NCBI GenBank assembly: GCA_016934335.1
Contig: JAFGTC010000267.1
Location: forward strand, 10 to 64,009
Length of the DNA: 64,000 nucleotides
Origin: Candidatus Omnitrophota bacterium
GTDB taxonomy: Bacteria > Hinthialibacterota > Hinthialibacteria > Hinthialibacterales > Hinthialibacteraceae
Direction: 5' to 3'
Part shown: in pieces, positions 35,203 through 45,269 of the stretch
Position numbering within the stretch: position 1 is the first letter of the stretch
Layout: every line of letters begins with the position of its first letter
Translations under genes and position numbers: made by a program
The notes under the pieces: generated by a model
Told to the model about the DNA's origin: nothing
The model's database searches: none
What the model saw: the letters and a program-made list of their open reading frames with translations, nothing else

Positions 35203-37629
35203 ATGAAAAGATCATGGCGGATTGTTTTTTTCGCGATGGCTATAGTTTCGCTCGGTGTATTCAGCGGTTTTGCAGATGAGGCGAAGGTCGAATCGCTTGT
35301 GCGCAATTCTTCTTTTGAAGAATGTCAGGATAATCAGCCGGCCGGCTGGGAGGCGCGCGTTTGGAACGGAGAAGGTGCGCTGGAACTTTCGGATGACAGC
35401 CGAACGGGGATGCACAGCGTCATGATATCCTCGGATCAAGGCGGCGATCTGTCTTGGTTTATTCATGCGGCTGTTAAACCGTATTCGACATATCAATTTT
35501 CGGGATGGATCAAAACCCAGGATTTGAAGGCGATCTCCGGGCGAGGCGCGTTGTTCAACATCCACAATCTGCCCGACGCGCGCACCGAGGCTCTGATTGG
35601 GACTCATGACTGGACCAAAGTGGAAATGGTCTTCGAAACGGTTGAAAATGATGAGTTGATGATCAACTGTCTTTTCGGCGGATGGGGCCTGGCCGCCGGC
35701 AATGCGTGGTACGACGATTTGAAACTGGAATGCGTGTCTTCATCAACGCTCGAGCCCGCTATCGTCATAGACGCTTCTCAGACGCGCGAACCTATTTCCC
35801 CCTATATTTACGGGCAGTTCATCGAACATTTGGGACGCTGCATCTATGGAGGAATTTGGGCGGAAATGCTGGAAGACCGAAAATTCTATTTCCCCATTAC
35901 CGATGAGTTTAAGCCTTGGACGATCCAAACCGATCAGGATATCTGGCAGGGCGGCGATTTTCCAGTATTGACGGGATCTCCCTGGAAAGTCATCGGGGGA
36001 GAGAACATCGTGGAGATGGTGAGGGAAAAATCGTATACCGGCGAGCAAACGCCCCGCATTCAACTTGTTGGAAACGTCGCCTGCGGCATCGAACAAGGTG
36101 AACTGGCTCTTATTGAAAATAAAGAGTATGAGGGATATGCGATTATCGCGGGCGATGCATCGGCTTCTCCGGTTTATGTGAGTTTAATTTGGGGCAATGG
36201 GGAGGATGAGCGGGACGTTTGTGTGATTGATAAGATCGACGGGAATTTCATCCGCTATCCCTTCCATTTCAAGTCGAAAGTAGGAACAAAGAAGGGGCGT
36301 TTACAAATTGCGGGAACTGGAGAAGGATCGTTTCAGATCGGGACGGCTTCCTTAATGCCCGCGGATCATGTGAAAGGATTCAGGCCCGATACGCTAGCTT
36401 TGTTGAAGGAATTGGATTCTCCCATTTATCGATGGCCGGGCGGGAATTTTGTCAGCGACTATGACTGGAAAGACGGCATAGGAAATCGGGACAAGCGCCC
36501 TCCCCGAAAAAATCCCGCCTGGACCGGCATCGAATCCAACGATGTCGGAATTCACGAATTTATGGATTTATGTGAACTGCTGGACACAGAGCCCTACATC
36601 GCCGTCAACACCGGCCTGGGCGCCGTCGAAGCCGCCGCCGAGGAAGTGCAATACTGCAACGGCGCGATCACATCGAAAATGGGCCGCTGGCGCGCCGAAA
36701 ACGGCCGTCCTGAACCTTTCCGCGTCATTTATTGGGCTGTTGGAAATGAAATGTACGGCAACTGGCAGAAAGGCCACATGCCGTTGGAAGATTACGTCGA
36801 GAAGCATAATCGCTGCGTTGAATTGATGCGCGCCGAAGATCCGTCGATTCAACTGGTCGGCGTGGGAGCCGTGGGAAATTGGAGCGAGACCATGCTGGCG
36901 CAGTGCGCCGACTCCATGGATTTGATCAGCGAGCATATCTACCGGCAGGATAGACGCAGTCTGGCGTCGCACGCGGCGCAGATTGCCAACGACATCAAGC
37001 GAGTCGCAGATGCGCATCGGAAATACCGCCAAGAATTGGATAGTTTAAAAGGCAGAGACATCCGGATCGCCATGGATGAGTGGAATTATTGGTATGGGCC
37101 GTATATTTACGGCGAACTGGGCGTTCCGTATCATCTTCAGGACGCTTTGGGAATCGCGGCGGGGCTGCATGAGTATGCGCGCAACAGCGATATCTACTTC
37201 ATGGCCAACTACGCGCAAACGGTAAACGTAATCGGCTGCATCAAGACTTCCAAAACCGACGCCTGCTTTGATGCGACGGGATTGGCGTTGAAATTGTATC
37301 GCCATGAATTCGGAAGCATCCCCGTTCAAATTTCCGGCGACTACAGGCCTCTCGATGTGTGCGCCGCGCTGAGCGCAGACCGCCGGACGTTGACTCTCAG
37401 CGTTGTCAATCCGACTACGGAGGAACTGACGCTGGATTTCAAGGTCGAAGCCGTGCAATTGGCGGGAAAAGCGCGGCGATGGAGAATCAGCGGCGACGAC
37501 AAAATGGCGCACAATGCGCCGGGCGAAAAGCCGCAGGTGGAAATTGTGGAAGATGAGATCGGCGGCGTTGAAAATCAATTCCGGTTGGATCCCATCAGCG
37601 TCACGTTATTCTCTTTTCCCTTGCAATGA
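35203..37629 (+). CDS. Alpha-L-arabinofuranosidase GH51 with N-terminal CBM4/9-like carbohydrate-binding module
   Basis: Signal peptide. N-terminal CBM (VRNSSFEECQDNQPAGWEARVWNGEG). GH51 core YRWPGGNFVSDYDWKDGIG and WAVGNEMYGNWQ (acid/base Glu). Confidence 0.7.
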   Translation: MKRSWRIVFFAMAIVSLGVFSGFADEAKVESLVRNSSFEECQDNQPAGWEARVWNGEGALELSDDSRTGMHSVMISSDQGGDLSWFIHAAVKPYSTYQFSGWIKTQDLKAISGRGALFNIHNLPDARTEALIGTHDWTKVEMVFETVENDELMINCLFGGWGLAAGNAWYDDLKLECVSSSTLEPAIVIDASQTREPISPYIYGQFIEHLGRCIYGGIWAEMLEDRKFYFPITDEFKPWTIQTDQDIWQGGDFPVLTGSPWKVIGGENIVEMVREKSYTGEQTPRIQLVGNVACGIEQGELALIENKEYEGYAIIAGDASASPVYVSLIWGNGEDERDVCVIDKIDGNFIRYPFHFKSKVGTKKGRLQIAGTGEGSFQIGTASLMPADHVKGFRPDTLALLKELDSPIYRWPGGNFVSDYDWKDGIGNRDKRPPRKNPAWTGIESNDVGIHEFMDLCELLDTEPYIAVNTGLGAVEAAAEEVQYCNGAITSKMGRWRAENGRPEPFRVIYWAVGNEMYGNWQKGHMPLEDYVEKHNRCVELMRAEDPSIQLVGVGAVGNWSETMLAQCADSMDLISEHIYRQDRRSLASHAAQIANDIKRVADAHRKYRQELDSLKGRDIRIAMDEWNYWYGPYIYGELGVPYHLQDALGIAAGLHEYARNSDIYFMANYAQTVNVIGCIKTSKTDACFDATGLALKLYRHEFGSIPVQISGDYRPLDVCAALSADRRTLTLSVVNPTTEELTLDFKVEAVQLAGKARRWRISGDDKMAHNAPGEKPQVEIVEDEIGGVENQFRLDPISVTLFSFPLQ

Positions 37630-37745
37630 TTTTTTTTATGCGGATGGGATTGAGGAAGTTGGGCGATATAGGCTTGAGAAACATTAGCATTGTTGATTAT
37701 GCTATGAATATTCTGTTTCATTCTTAAATTCGAAAGGTTGGGATT

Positions 37746-39509
37746 ATGGCGTCTTTTGACTGGTATATGATTGGCGGGTATTTTTTGCTGCTTTTTGGAT
37801 TGGCGTGGTGGGTGATACTCAAAGGGAAAAGCACGACGGACGACTATTTTCTAGCGGGGCGCAATTTGGGCTGGTTCATTGTAGGCGCATCGATCTTCGC
37901 ATCCAATATCGGCTCGGAGCACCTTGTGGGGCTGGCCGGTTCGGGATGCACAGACGGCGTGGCCATGGCTCATTATGAACTTCATGCCTGGTGCCTGCTC
38001 GTGCTGGGCTGGGTGTTTGTGCCTTTTTATGCTCGATCCAAGGTTTTCACAATGCCGGAGTTTTTGGAGAAGCGGTACAACGAAACGTCTCGCTGGGTTT
38101 TATCTATTATTTCTCTGGTGGCTTATGTGTTGACCAAAGTAGCCGTGGGGATCTTCGCCGGCGGGATTGTGTTTCGAACCCTCCTTCCGGATCTCCAATT
38201 GGATTTGGGCTTTGTTGTAATGGATAGTTTCTGGATTGGGTCGTTTCTGGTGATCATTCTGACCGGAATCTACACCATCCTTGGCGGTCTCCGGGCGGTG
38301 GCGTACACCGAGGCTCTGCAGACGGTCGTGCTGGTGCTGGGATCGATTCTTGTCACCTTCTTTGGATTGAAGGCATTGGGCGGCTGGAGCGAACTGCGTC
38401 AGGTCTGCGGCTCGGAAATGTTCAACTTATGGAAGCCTTTGGTTCCCGAGGGCATGGAGGGGACGTGGGCGCCGGTGAAGGAGAGCGGTCGAATCGCCTG
38501 GTATTTTAACGGCAATTATCCCTGGCTGGGGATGCTGTTCTGCGCGCCGATCATCGGGTTATGGTATTGGTGCACAGACCAGTATATTGTTCAACGCGCT
38601 TTAGGAGCGCCCAACGAAAAAGAGGCGCGGCGCGGAAGCATCTGCGCGGCTTTTTTGAAGCTGCTGCCCGTGTTTATTTTTATTATTCCCGGCATGATCT
38701 GTTTTGCGTTGGCGAAAAGCGGCAAGGCGGACGAGATTGCGAATGTCCTGTATGTTTCGGGCGAGTTGAGTTCGGAGCAAAGTCAGGCGGCGTTTCCCCT
38801 GCTGGTCAAACATGTGCTGCCGGTCGGCATCCGGGGGATCGTGGTGGCCGGTCTGCTGGCGGCGTTGATGAGTTCGCTGTCCGGCGTATTCAATGCCTCC
38901 TCCACATTATTTACCATGGATTTGTATTCCAAATTCCGCCCCGAGTCTTCGCAGCAGCATTTGGTGTGGGTTGGGCGTCTTGCGACGGGCGTGATGGTGA
39001 TCATCGGCCTGTTGTGGGTGCCCGTCATTCAGGGGGCGCGAGGCTTATACGATTATCTTCAGGGAGTACAGGGCTACCTGGCGCCGCCGATCTTCGTGGT
39101 TTTCTTCCTTGGCGTCTTTATGAAGCGCATCAACGGGGCGGGGTGCATGGCGGCCTTGATTGTGGGCTTTCTGCTGGGCATCTTCCGCCTGGCAGTGGAC
39201 ACGCCGGTTCAACTGGGCATGGCGGGATTTGAAAACGGCTATACGGAAGGCACGTTTTTATGGGTGATCAATAACATGTATTTTCAATATTACAGTTTGA
39301 TTATTTTTGTAGTGTGCGCGCTATTGTCGATCGCGGTGAGTTATCTTACGCCGGCGCCCGACGGCCGGCAGATCAGCGGTTTAACGTTCGCAACGATTAC
39401 GGATGAGCACCGGCGCGAGTCGCGAAGCAGTTGGGATTGGCGGGATGTTTCCTTGTCGATTCTTCTGGTGTTGATCATCATTTCCGCGTATTTGTATTTC
39501 ACGGGATGA
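37746..39509 (+). CDS. Sodium:solute symporter family (SSF/SGLT-like) transporter
   Basis: 587 aa polytopic protein; SSF consensus region GGLRAVAYTEALQTVVLVLGS and a C-terminal extra helix. Confidence 0.8.
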   Translation: MASFDWYMIGGYFLLLFGLAWWVILKGKSTTDDYFLAGRNLGWFIVGASIFASNIGSEHLVGLAGSGCTDGVAMAHYELHAWCLLVLGWVFVPFYARSKVFTMPEFLEKRYNETSRWVLSIISLVAYVLTKVAVGIFAGGIVFRTLLPDLQLDLGFVVMDSFWIGSFLVIILTGIYTILGGLRAVAYTEALQTVVLVLGSILVTFFGLKALGGWSELRQVCGSEMFNLWKPLVPEGMEGTWAPVKESGRIAWYFNGNYPWLGMLFCAPIIGLWYWCTDQYIVQRALGAPNEKEARRGSICAAFLKLLPVFIFIIPGMICFALAKSGKADEIANVLYVSGELSSEQSQAAFPLLVKHVLPVGIRGIVVAGLLAALMSSLSGVFNASSTLFTMDLYSKFRPESSQQHLVWVGRLATGVMVIIGLLWVPVIQGARGLYDYLQGVQGYLAPPIFVVFFLGVFMKRINGAGCMAALIVGFLLGIFRLAVDTPVQLGMAGFENGYTEGTFLWVINNMYFQYYSLIIFVVCALLSIAVSYLTPAPDGRQISGLTFATITDEHRRESRSSWDWRDVSLSILLVLIIISAYLYFTG

Positions 39510-39535
39510 GAGCGGCGAAGTTTGCGAGATGAAGC

Positions 39536-39575
39536 GGCGGGCTGCGCTTCGCTTTGAGCCCGCCTGTTTTTTTTA
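39536..39575 (+). terminator. Rho-independent terminator; hairpin repeat copy 2 GGCGGGCT-gcgcttcgctttg-AGCCCGCC + T9
   Basis: Same core as 28850-28878, followed by TGTTTTTTTTT; 27 nt after the SSF stop. Confidence 0.7.
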
Positions 39576-39644
39576 TCTCATCCTGCAAGATCGAATTCGT
39601 TGAAGATGGATGACAGAGAGATCTTTCTAAAGGAGTATTGGGAC

Positions 39645-42600
39645 ATGAGAGTATGTATAAAATATTGGATTTTGCTGCTGATCGCGGGATTCGTCCTGCC
39701 GCCGGCCGCCGACGCCGTCAATCCGGGAGAAATGCCTATATCCACGCTCGAGCAGGTGCGCGAGCGGTTTGTCGATCCCCCGGCCGCGTACGGGCCTGCG
39801 CCGCTCTATGTATGGAACGACGATATGCAGGAGGAGGAAATCGCGCGCCAGTTGGATGATTTTAAAGCGGGCGGATTCCGCGGCGTATTTGTTCATCCAC
39901 GGCCGGGGCTGGTGACTCCCTATCTTTCGGAGCGCTGGCTGGAAGTATGGCGTTTTACAGCGGAAGAAGCGAAAAAGCGGGGTATGGTCACTTATATTTA
40001 TGACGAAAACAGCTACCCTTCCGGATTCGCGGGAGGATTCGTTCCTGATCAAATGCCGGATGCGGCGCAAGTATCTTTGCATCGGCAGGATTTCAAGCCG
40101 GATCAATTGAATCAGCTGGTTATCGGTAAAGATTCCATCGCTTTGTATCAAATGGTTGATTCAGACTCAGAATACAAGCGATTGCCTATTCCGAAACTTT
40201 CCGGCGATCAAACTCGAACCGCGGCTGATTTGAATCTTCCAGCCGGATCGTACATTCTTTACAGCCGCCGCTACGGAGGGGCGTCGCCGTGGTATGGCGG
40301 GAAGACGTTCGTCGATCTGATGCGGCGCGATGTTACTGATACATTTTTGGAAGTGACTTTCGGGGCGTATGATCAAGCCTTATCCGATCTGTATGGAAAT
40401 CAGGTTCTGGCCTGTTTTACGGACGAACCTCAGGTGGCCGGCTGCTGGTCTCCGATGATCCCCGAAGCGTTTCAGAAGCGATGGGGATATGACATCCTCG
40501 ATTATCTCCCCTCCATTCACGCGGATATGGGCGACTGGCGGAAGATTCGCCATGATTATTCCGCAACGATTCTTGAACTTTTTATGAATAATTTCGCCAA
40601 ACCATATTATGAAGCCTGCCAGGAGCGGGGAATCGCTTTTACCGGCCACGTTTGGGAGCATGGCTGGCCGCATGTGAATCACAATCCCGACATCATGAAT
40701 TTTTACGCATGGCAGCATTGGCCCGGCATCGATTGTTTGATGAACAATTACGATGAAGGCCCCAATGCGCAGTTCGGCAACTATCGTTCGAACAAAGAAC
40801 TCGACAGCATTGCCAATCAGTTCGGCCGCATCCGCCGGTTATGCGAAACGTACGGCGCCGGCGGCTGGGAGCTCACCATGGAGGATGTGAAGCGAATCGG
40901 CGATCATCTCTATGCGGGCGGCGTCAATTTGATGAATCCGCATTTGAGTTATTACACGATCCGCGGAGCGCGAAAGCGCGACCATCCTCAATCGTTCTCC
41001 TATCATGCGCCCTATTGGGAGGCGTTTCATATTCCCATGGATTATTTCAGCCGCTTGTCCTGGTCGCTGGCGGCCGGCAAGGCCAAAAATCCCATTCTTA
41101 TCATTGAACCGACGGTTAGCGCATGGATGTACAACTGGAGCGGTTCTCAAGGCGAAAAACTGAATCAACTCGGCGCGGCATTTCAACGATACATTACGGA
41201 ACTGGGCGCGGCGCAGACCGCCTTCGATTTGGGCAGCGAACCGGTGATGGCCGATCATGGTAAAGTCGAGGGTAAGCAGTTGATTGTCGGCGAATGCGCG
41301 TATGATGCGGTGATCCTTCCCCCCGGGCTGGATTGTCTGGAAAGTTCAACCGTACGACTTCTGAATCAATTTGTCTCGAACGGCGGAACTATCATCAGTT
41401 TGGTCGGCGTTCCTCCTTATGTCGACGGCCGTCCCAGCGACGCCGTTCAAGCCGTTAAAGAAAGAGCCGGCGATCGGTGGATCGAAGAAAACCTCTCGCC
41501 CGGACAATTAGTGCAGCGATGGGGCAACGGCGGCGTATTCGTGAAAGCGGAACATCCGAAAAACGGCCGCGTCTATCATTTCGCGCGGGATTTGGATGAT
41601 GGAAAACTGCTTTTCTTGGTAAATACGAGCCTGGAAAGCGGCATACAAGGCGAGGCGACTGTGGAAGGGGCGCATGTCGAACTTTGGAACGCCGTCACGG
41701 GAGACTTTGAGACGATTGATTATGCGAATGACGGGGCTGAAGTGAATTTCAATTTTGAACTTTTCCCCGCCGGCAGCGCGCTTTTTGCCGTATATAAGAA
41801 GGATCCTCAGCATGAAACCATAGAACCGCGAAAATGGCAGGCCGATCTTGCGCCGAAAAAGCCGGCAGGCGAACTCGAAATCTCCATGCTCGAGCCCAAT
41901 GTCCTCACGCTCGATTATGTCGATCTCGCGCTGAATGGGGAAACGACGGAAAATCTATATTTCTATGACGCCCAGACTCGCATTTACAAGGCGCACGGCT
42001 TCTCGAAAAATCCTTGGGATAATGCCGTGCAGTTCAAAGACGAACTTATCCAGAAAGATCGTTTCGAGCCCGATTCCGGCTTTGAACTTCGCTATCCTTT
42101 TGTGATTGAAGGATTCGATGCGATGCCTTCTTTGGAATTAGTGGTGGAGCGCGGCGATTTTTATACGGTTTCGGTGAATGGCCGCGAGATTCAACCCCAA
42201 AAAGGAGAATGGCGGCTGGATCGAGCTTTTAACGTTTATTCGATAAAACCGGAATTTTTAAAGAATGGCCGCAATGTTATATCGACCGCCGCTCGTCCTT
42301 TTTCGCTGCACATGGAGCCGGAAGCGGTGTATCTGTTCGGCGATTTCAACCTGAAAAACATCGCAAAAGGATTTGCCATCGTTCCACCCAAACCGCTGCA
42401 GCTCGGCCCATGGTCGGATCAGGGCAAACCCTTCTATGCGGAACAAACCGCCTACACTCAAACGTATACCTTCGAAGCAGGCGATGGCGCTCCCCATTTT
42501 GTTGAACTGAACGACTGGAATGGAACAGCGGCGCGGGTTGACGTCAACGGCGAACCGGCCGGCTACATACTCTGGCAGCCCTGGCGGTTGGATGTCAGCG

Positions 42601-42803
42601 ATCAAATCAAGCCGGGAGAAAACAAGATTTCCGTTGTTGTCTTTGGAAGTTTAAAAAACCTTCTCGGACCCCATCACGCCGGAAAACTACGCGGATCCGC
42701 CTGGCCGGGATCATTCTGGCGGAATCCTGAAGGCGGTCAGCCGAACGGCGGCGAATACGATGTAATCGGCTATGGATTGGAGGCGCCATTCACTGTGTAT
42801 TAG
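39645..42803 (+). CDS. Large secreted glycoside hydrolase (family unassigned; N-terminus resembles GH106-type enzymes)
   Basis: Signal peptide MRVCIKYWILLLIAGFVLPPAADA, with an AGGAG RBS before the ATG at 39645. The N-terminal FVDPPAAYGPAPLYVWNDDMQEEEIARQLDDFKAGGFRGVFVHPRPGL pattern recurs in large polysaccharide-degrading glycosidases. The family cannot be assigned by eye. Confidence 0.4.
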   Translation: MRVCIKYWILLLIAGFVLPPAADAVNPGEMPISTLEQVRERFVDPPAAYGPAPLYVWNDDMQEEEIARQLDDFKAGGFRGVFVHPRPGLVTPYLSERWLEVWRFTAEEAKKRGMVTYIYDENSYPSGFAGGFVPDQMPDAAQVSLHRQDFKPDQLNQLVIGKDSIALYQMVDSDSEYKRLPIPKLSGDQTRTAADLNLPAGSYILYSRRYGGASPWYGGKTFVDLMRRDVTDTFLEVTFGAYDQALSDLYGNQVLACFTDEPQVAGCWSPMIPEAFQKRWGYDILDYLPSIHADMGDWRKIRHDYSATILELFMNNFAKPYYEACQERGIAFTGHVWEHGWPHVNHNPDIMNFYAWQHWPGIDCLMNNYDEGPNAQFGNYRSNKELDSIANQFGRIRRLCETYGAGGWELTMEDVKRIGDHLYAGGVNLMNPHLSYYTIRGARKRDHPQSFSYHAPYWEAFHIPMDYFSRLSWSLAAGKAKNPILIIEPTVSAWMYNWSGSQGEKLNQLGAAFQRYITELGAAQTAFDLGSEPVMADHGKVEGKQLIVGECAYDAVILPPGLDCLESSTVRLLNQFVSNGGTIISLVGVPPYVDGRPSDAVQAVKERAGDRWIEENLSPGQLVQRWGNGGVFVKAEHPKNGRVYHFARDLDDGKLLFLVNTSLESGIQGEATVEGAHVELWNAVTGDFETIDYANDGAEVNFNFELFPAGSALFAVYKKDPQHETIEPRKWQADLAPKKPAGELEISMLEPNVLTLDYVDLALNGETTENLYFYDAQTRIYKAHGFSKNPWDNAVQFKDELIQKDRFEPDSGFELRYPFVIEGFDAMPSLELVVERGDFYTVSVNGREIQPQKGEWRLDRAFNVYSIKPEFLKNGRNVISTAARPFSLHMEPEAVYLFGDFNLKNIAKGFAIVPPKPLQLGPWSDQGKPFYAEQTAYTQTYTFEAGDGAPHFVELNDWNGTAARVDVNGEPAGYILWQPWRLDVSDQIKPGENKISVVVFGSLKNLLGPHHAGKLRGSAWPGSFWRNPEGGQPNGGEYDVIGYGLEAPFTVY

Positions 42804-42949
42804 AGCGATTCGATGCGACAGCAGAGTGTTTTATAATAATAGTACTTATTATACATAACTGAATTTTATGGATATAAAACACTTTGCTTGACAGTTTGAT
42901 TGAAGCGACGATTTGGTATAAATCCCAAATCAGAGTATATAGAGATTCT

Positions 42950-42985
42950 AGAGGCGTCTATGGGGTGTAGACGCCTCTTTTTGTT
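42950..42985 (+). terminator. Rho-independent terminator AGAGGCGTCTA-tggggtg-TAGACGCCTCT + TTTTTGTT
   Basis: Perfect 11-bp stem with a U-tract, 147 nt downstream of the large glycosidase gene. Confidence 0.65.
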
Positions 42986-43240
42986 AACCGGTTTTCTTAT
43001 TCTTTTGTTGAATTTTCTAAGATCTCTCCTTTTTTCGCCATTGATTTCAATAGAAGCGAACAATCGAAAAACAAGGTTATTGCGGGGTGATAGGGGCGAT
43101 TTGAATTATTAAAGAGGAACATCATTCTATTTATGTTTTATTGATCATTTTGGCGCAGATAAAGCCGTGGATACGGTGGTGCAGTGGATATCGCTCTAAA
43201 GATAATTTCGAGGGAAGATTCATTTCAAAATCTTCGTGGA

Positions 43241-43861
43241 TTATTTTTCTTTTGCATCGATGGGCGTTCCTCTTGAGACAAAACTGACGCTGCGCGTTCC
43301 AATGACGCCGACCATTACCGCTTCCATAAGTGGAGGAGCAGCATCTTCTTTGGACATCCACTCAACAAGGAAGTTAGCGCCGGAGCCCCCCATTGTATCA
43401 TGTTGTTTTACCAGGAAATCGATGGTTTGCAGAGGATTGAGTTTGATAGGAAATTCGATGAAGTTTTGTATTTCCTTTCCCGCTGTATCATAATATCGAA
43501 CCGATTGGATATAGATTGGCTTTTCGGCGTCGATATTTCGAATGCTCAAGGTGACTTCCAGTAAATAAGGCTTCCCGCCGTCAAAATACACATGCGAATA
43601 ACTGGGTATGTACATTCGGCGTATATCCGACGAGGATAATTGGAGATCGTGAAGATCGATTTTGAGGGATTCCAGATCGGGCGGTGCGTATTGACGTGGA
43701 GCGGCATACGTCATGGATTCTTCGATATGGGCGATGCGGCTGCTGATCAGATGCGTATAAAGCAACAAAAACAGCAACAAAACAACGAGTATCATTACGG
43801 CGATATGAACGCCGTATTCAAATACAAACAAAACCCAATCAGGATAATTTGTTTTCTTCAT
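43241..43861 (-). CDS. DUF3124-like protein with N-terminal transmembrane anchor
   Basis: YIPSYSHVYFDGGKPYLLEVTLSIRNID...SVRYYDTAGKEI...GGSGANFLVEW matches my recollection of the DUF3124 consensus; single N-terminal transmembrane helix. Confidence 0.4.
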   Translation of the reverse strand: MKKTNYPDWVLFVFEYGVHIAVMILVVLLLFLLLYTHLISSRIAHIEESMTYAAPRQYAPPDLESLKIDLHDLQLSSSDIRRMYIPSYSHVYFDGGKPYLLEVTLSIRNIDAEKPIYIQSVRYYDTAGKEIQNFIEFPIKLNPLQTIDFLVKQHDTMGGSGANFLVEWMSKEDAAPPLMEAVMVGVIGTRSVSFVSRGTPIDAKEK

Positions 43862-43948
43862 AGATTTATACCGCTGATAGTGAATGGTATATAGTATTTT
43901 TTGATTTTTCTATCCATGATACGCCTGTTTCATCGTTTTGGTGGAAAT

Positions 43949-44872
43949 TTAAAAAAACAATTGGAAGAGTGATCCCGCCAAAATCGACCAGGCGAAGCTC
44001 GATGCACAAAATGCTATCGTGACGTTTGTTCCCATAGTCAGTTGCATGGCGGCTAGCGTGGGGATTTTTGTGGCAGGACCGACCAGGAAAAAGGCAAGAG
44101 CAGCCCCGGGAGACATGCCCAAATTCATCAAAATTTGGATCAGCGGGATCGTTCCCCCGCCGCAGGCGTATAATGGAATTCCCAGAAGAGAGCCGAAAAG
44201 AATCCCGAAGCGCTGCTGCCGGCCGACGGTCATCGTAATCCAACGCATGGGGATTAACTCTTTTACCAGGGCTGCGATCAATATTCCAAGAAGAACAAAT
44301 TTGACGACGAACCAACCCATATGACAAAAAGATTTCCACCAGATTTGGAGGAACGAATGCGTCGAATCGGTTTTTTCAAGGGAGGGCAATACTTCGGTCG
44401 GATGAAAGTTTACGCTCATTCGATCCGGGAGGAAGAATCGCTGAGCCAGCAAACCGCCGACAATCCCGAACAGGAAGGCGGAAAGGGCTCGGGCCAGCGC
44501 CATCGGCCACCCAAAAACGCTCCATGTCATGAAAAATAAGGTGGGGTTCATCAAGGGGGTGGAGCATAAGAAGGCAAAAACCGCTCCCGGAGCCAAGCCG
44601 CGCATAAGGAGCGCAGCGGAAATGGGAATCGCTAAATAGGAGCAAAAAGGTGAGATTACACCGGCTAGAGCCATTCCGGCGATGACAAAAAATCCATGAC
44701 CTGCGGCGTGATGCTGAAGAAAATTCTGTACCGGCCGCCAAGCGACTAGAAATGAGGAGATGATTAAGCCGAGGATCAATCCCGGGAGGATGGAAAGAGC
44801 AAGCCTTTCCATCTCCAAAATGACTCGGAAGGTGTATGTATCTTGAAATAGAATCCAGAATTCGAATAGCAA
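43949..44872 (-). CDS. Predicted permease (DUF318/ArsP-like two-repeat permease)
   Basis: About 8 transmembrane helices with an internal repeat. Motifs VISPFCSY and YACGGGTIPLIQILMNLGMSPGAALAF. Confidence 0.5.
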   Translation of the reverse strand: MLFEFWILFQDTYTFRVILEMERLALSILPGLILGLIISSFLVAWRPVQNFLQHHAAGHGFFVIAGMALAGVISPFCSYLAIPISAALLMRGLAPGAVFAFLCSTPLMNPTLFFMTWSVFGWPMALARALSAFLFGIVGGLLAQRFFLPDRMSVNFHPTEVLPSLEKTDSTHSFLQIWWKSFCHMGWFVVKFVLLGILIAALVKELIPMRWITMTVGRQQRFGILFGSLLGIPLYACGGGTIPLIQILMNLGMSPGAALAFFLVGPATKIPTLAAMQLTMGTNVTIAFCASSFAWSILAGSLFQLFF

Positions 44873-45269
44873 TGAAAAATTTCCCTTCTTCGATTTATGC
44901 CTATTATCATAAAATACTAATGAAAGTGAATGTCAAAACCAAATTATTTCATGAATTGTAGAAAATTGTGCAACTCATGTAAACACTTTATATAAATTGC
45001 CTTATGCATGATTTCTTTATATTCAATATGAATTATTAATTGTGCTTTTTGAAATGGATTTTTAAATCGAGACATTAACAGATTTTGTTTATCATTTTTT
45101 ATGAGTTTGATATAATATTAAATAAGAGAAAAACACCTCTGATAAACCTGAATTAATTATAGTACATAGAGTTACCGAGATGATAACCAAATCGTTAGAG
45201 GTTTCGGAGGAGTATTGGAAGAGAACGATCTTACCGGTTATCAGTCGGGAGCCGACAGGATGAGGGAAA

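Noticed and set aside
42900-43112. 70-aa + strand ORF in the AT-rich gap after the large glycosidase
   Set aside because: It reads straight through a strong intrinsic terminator hairpin (42950-42985) and has a biased Leu/Phe-rich composition from AT-rich DNA; not credible as a gene.
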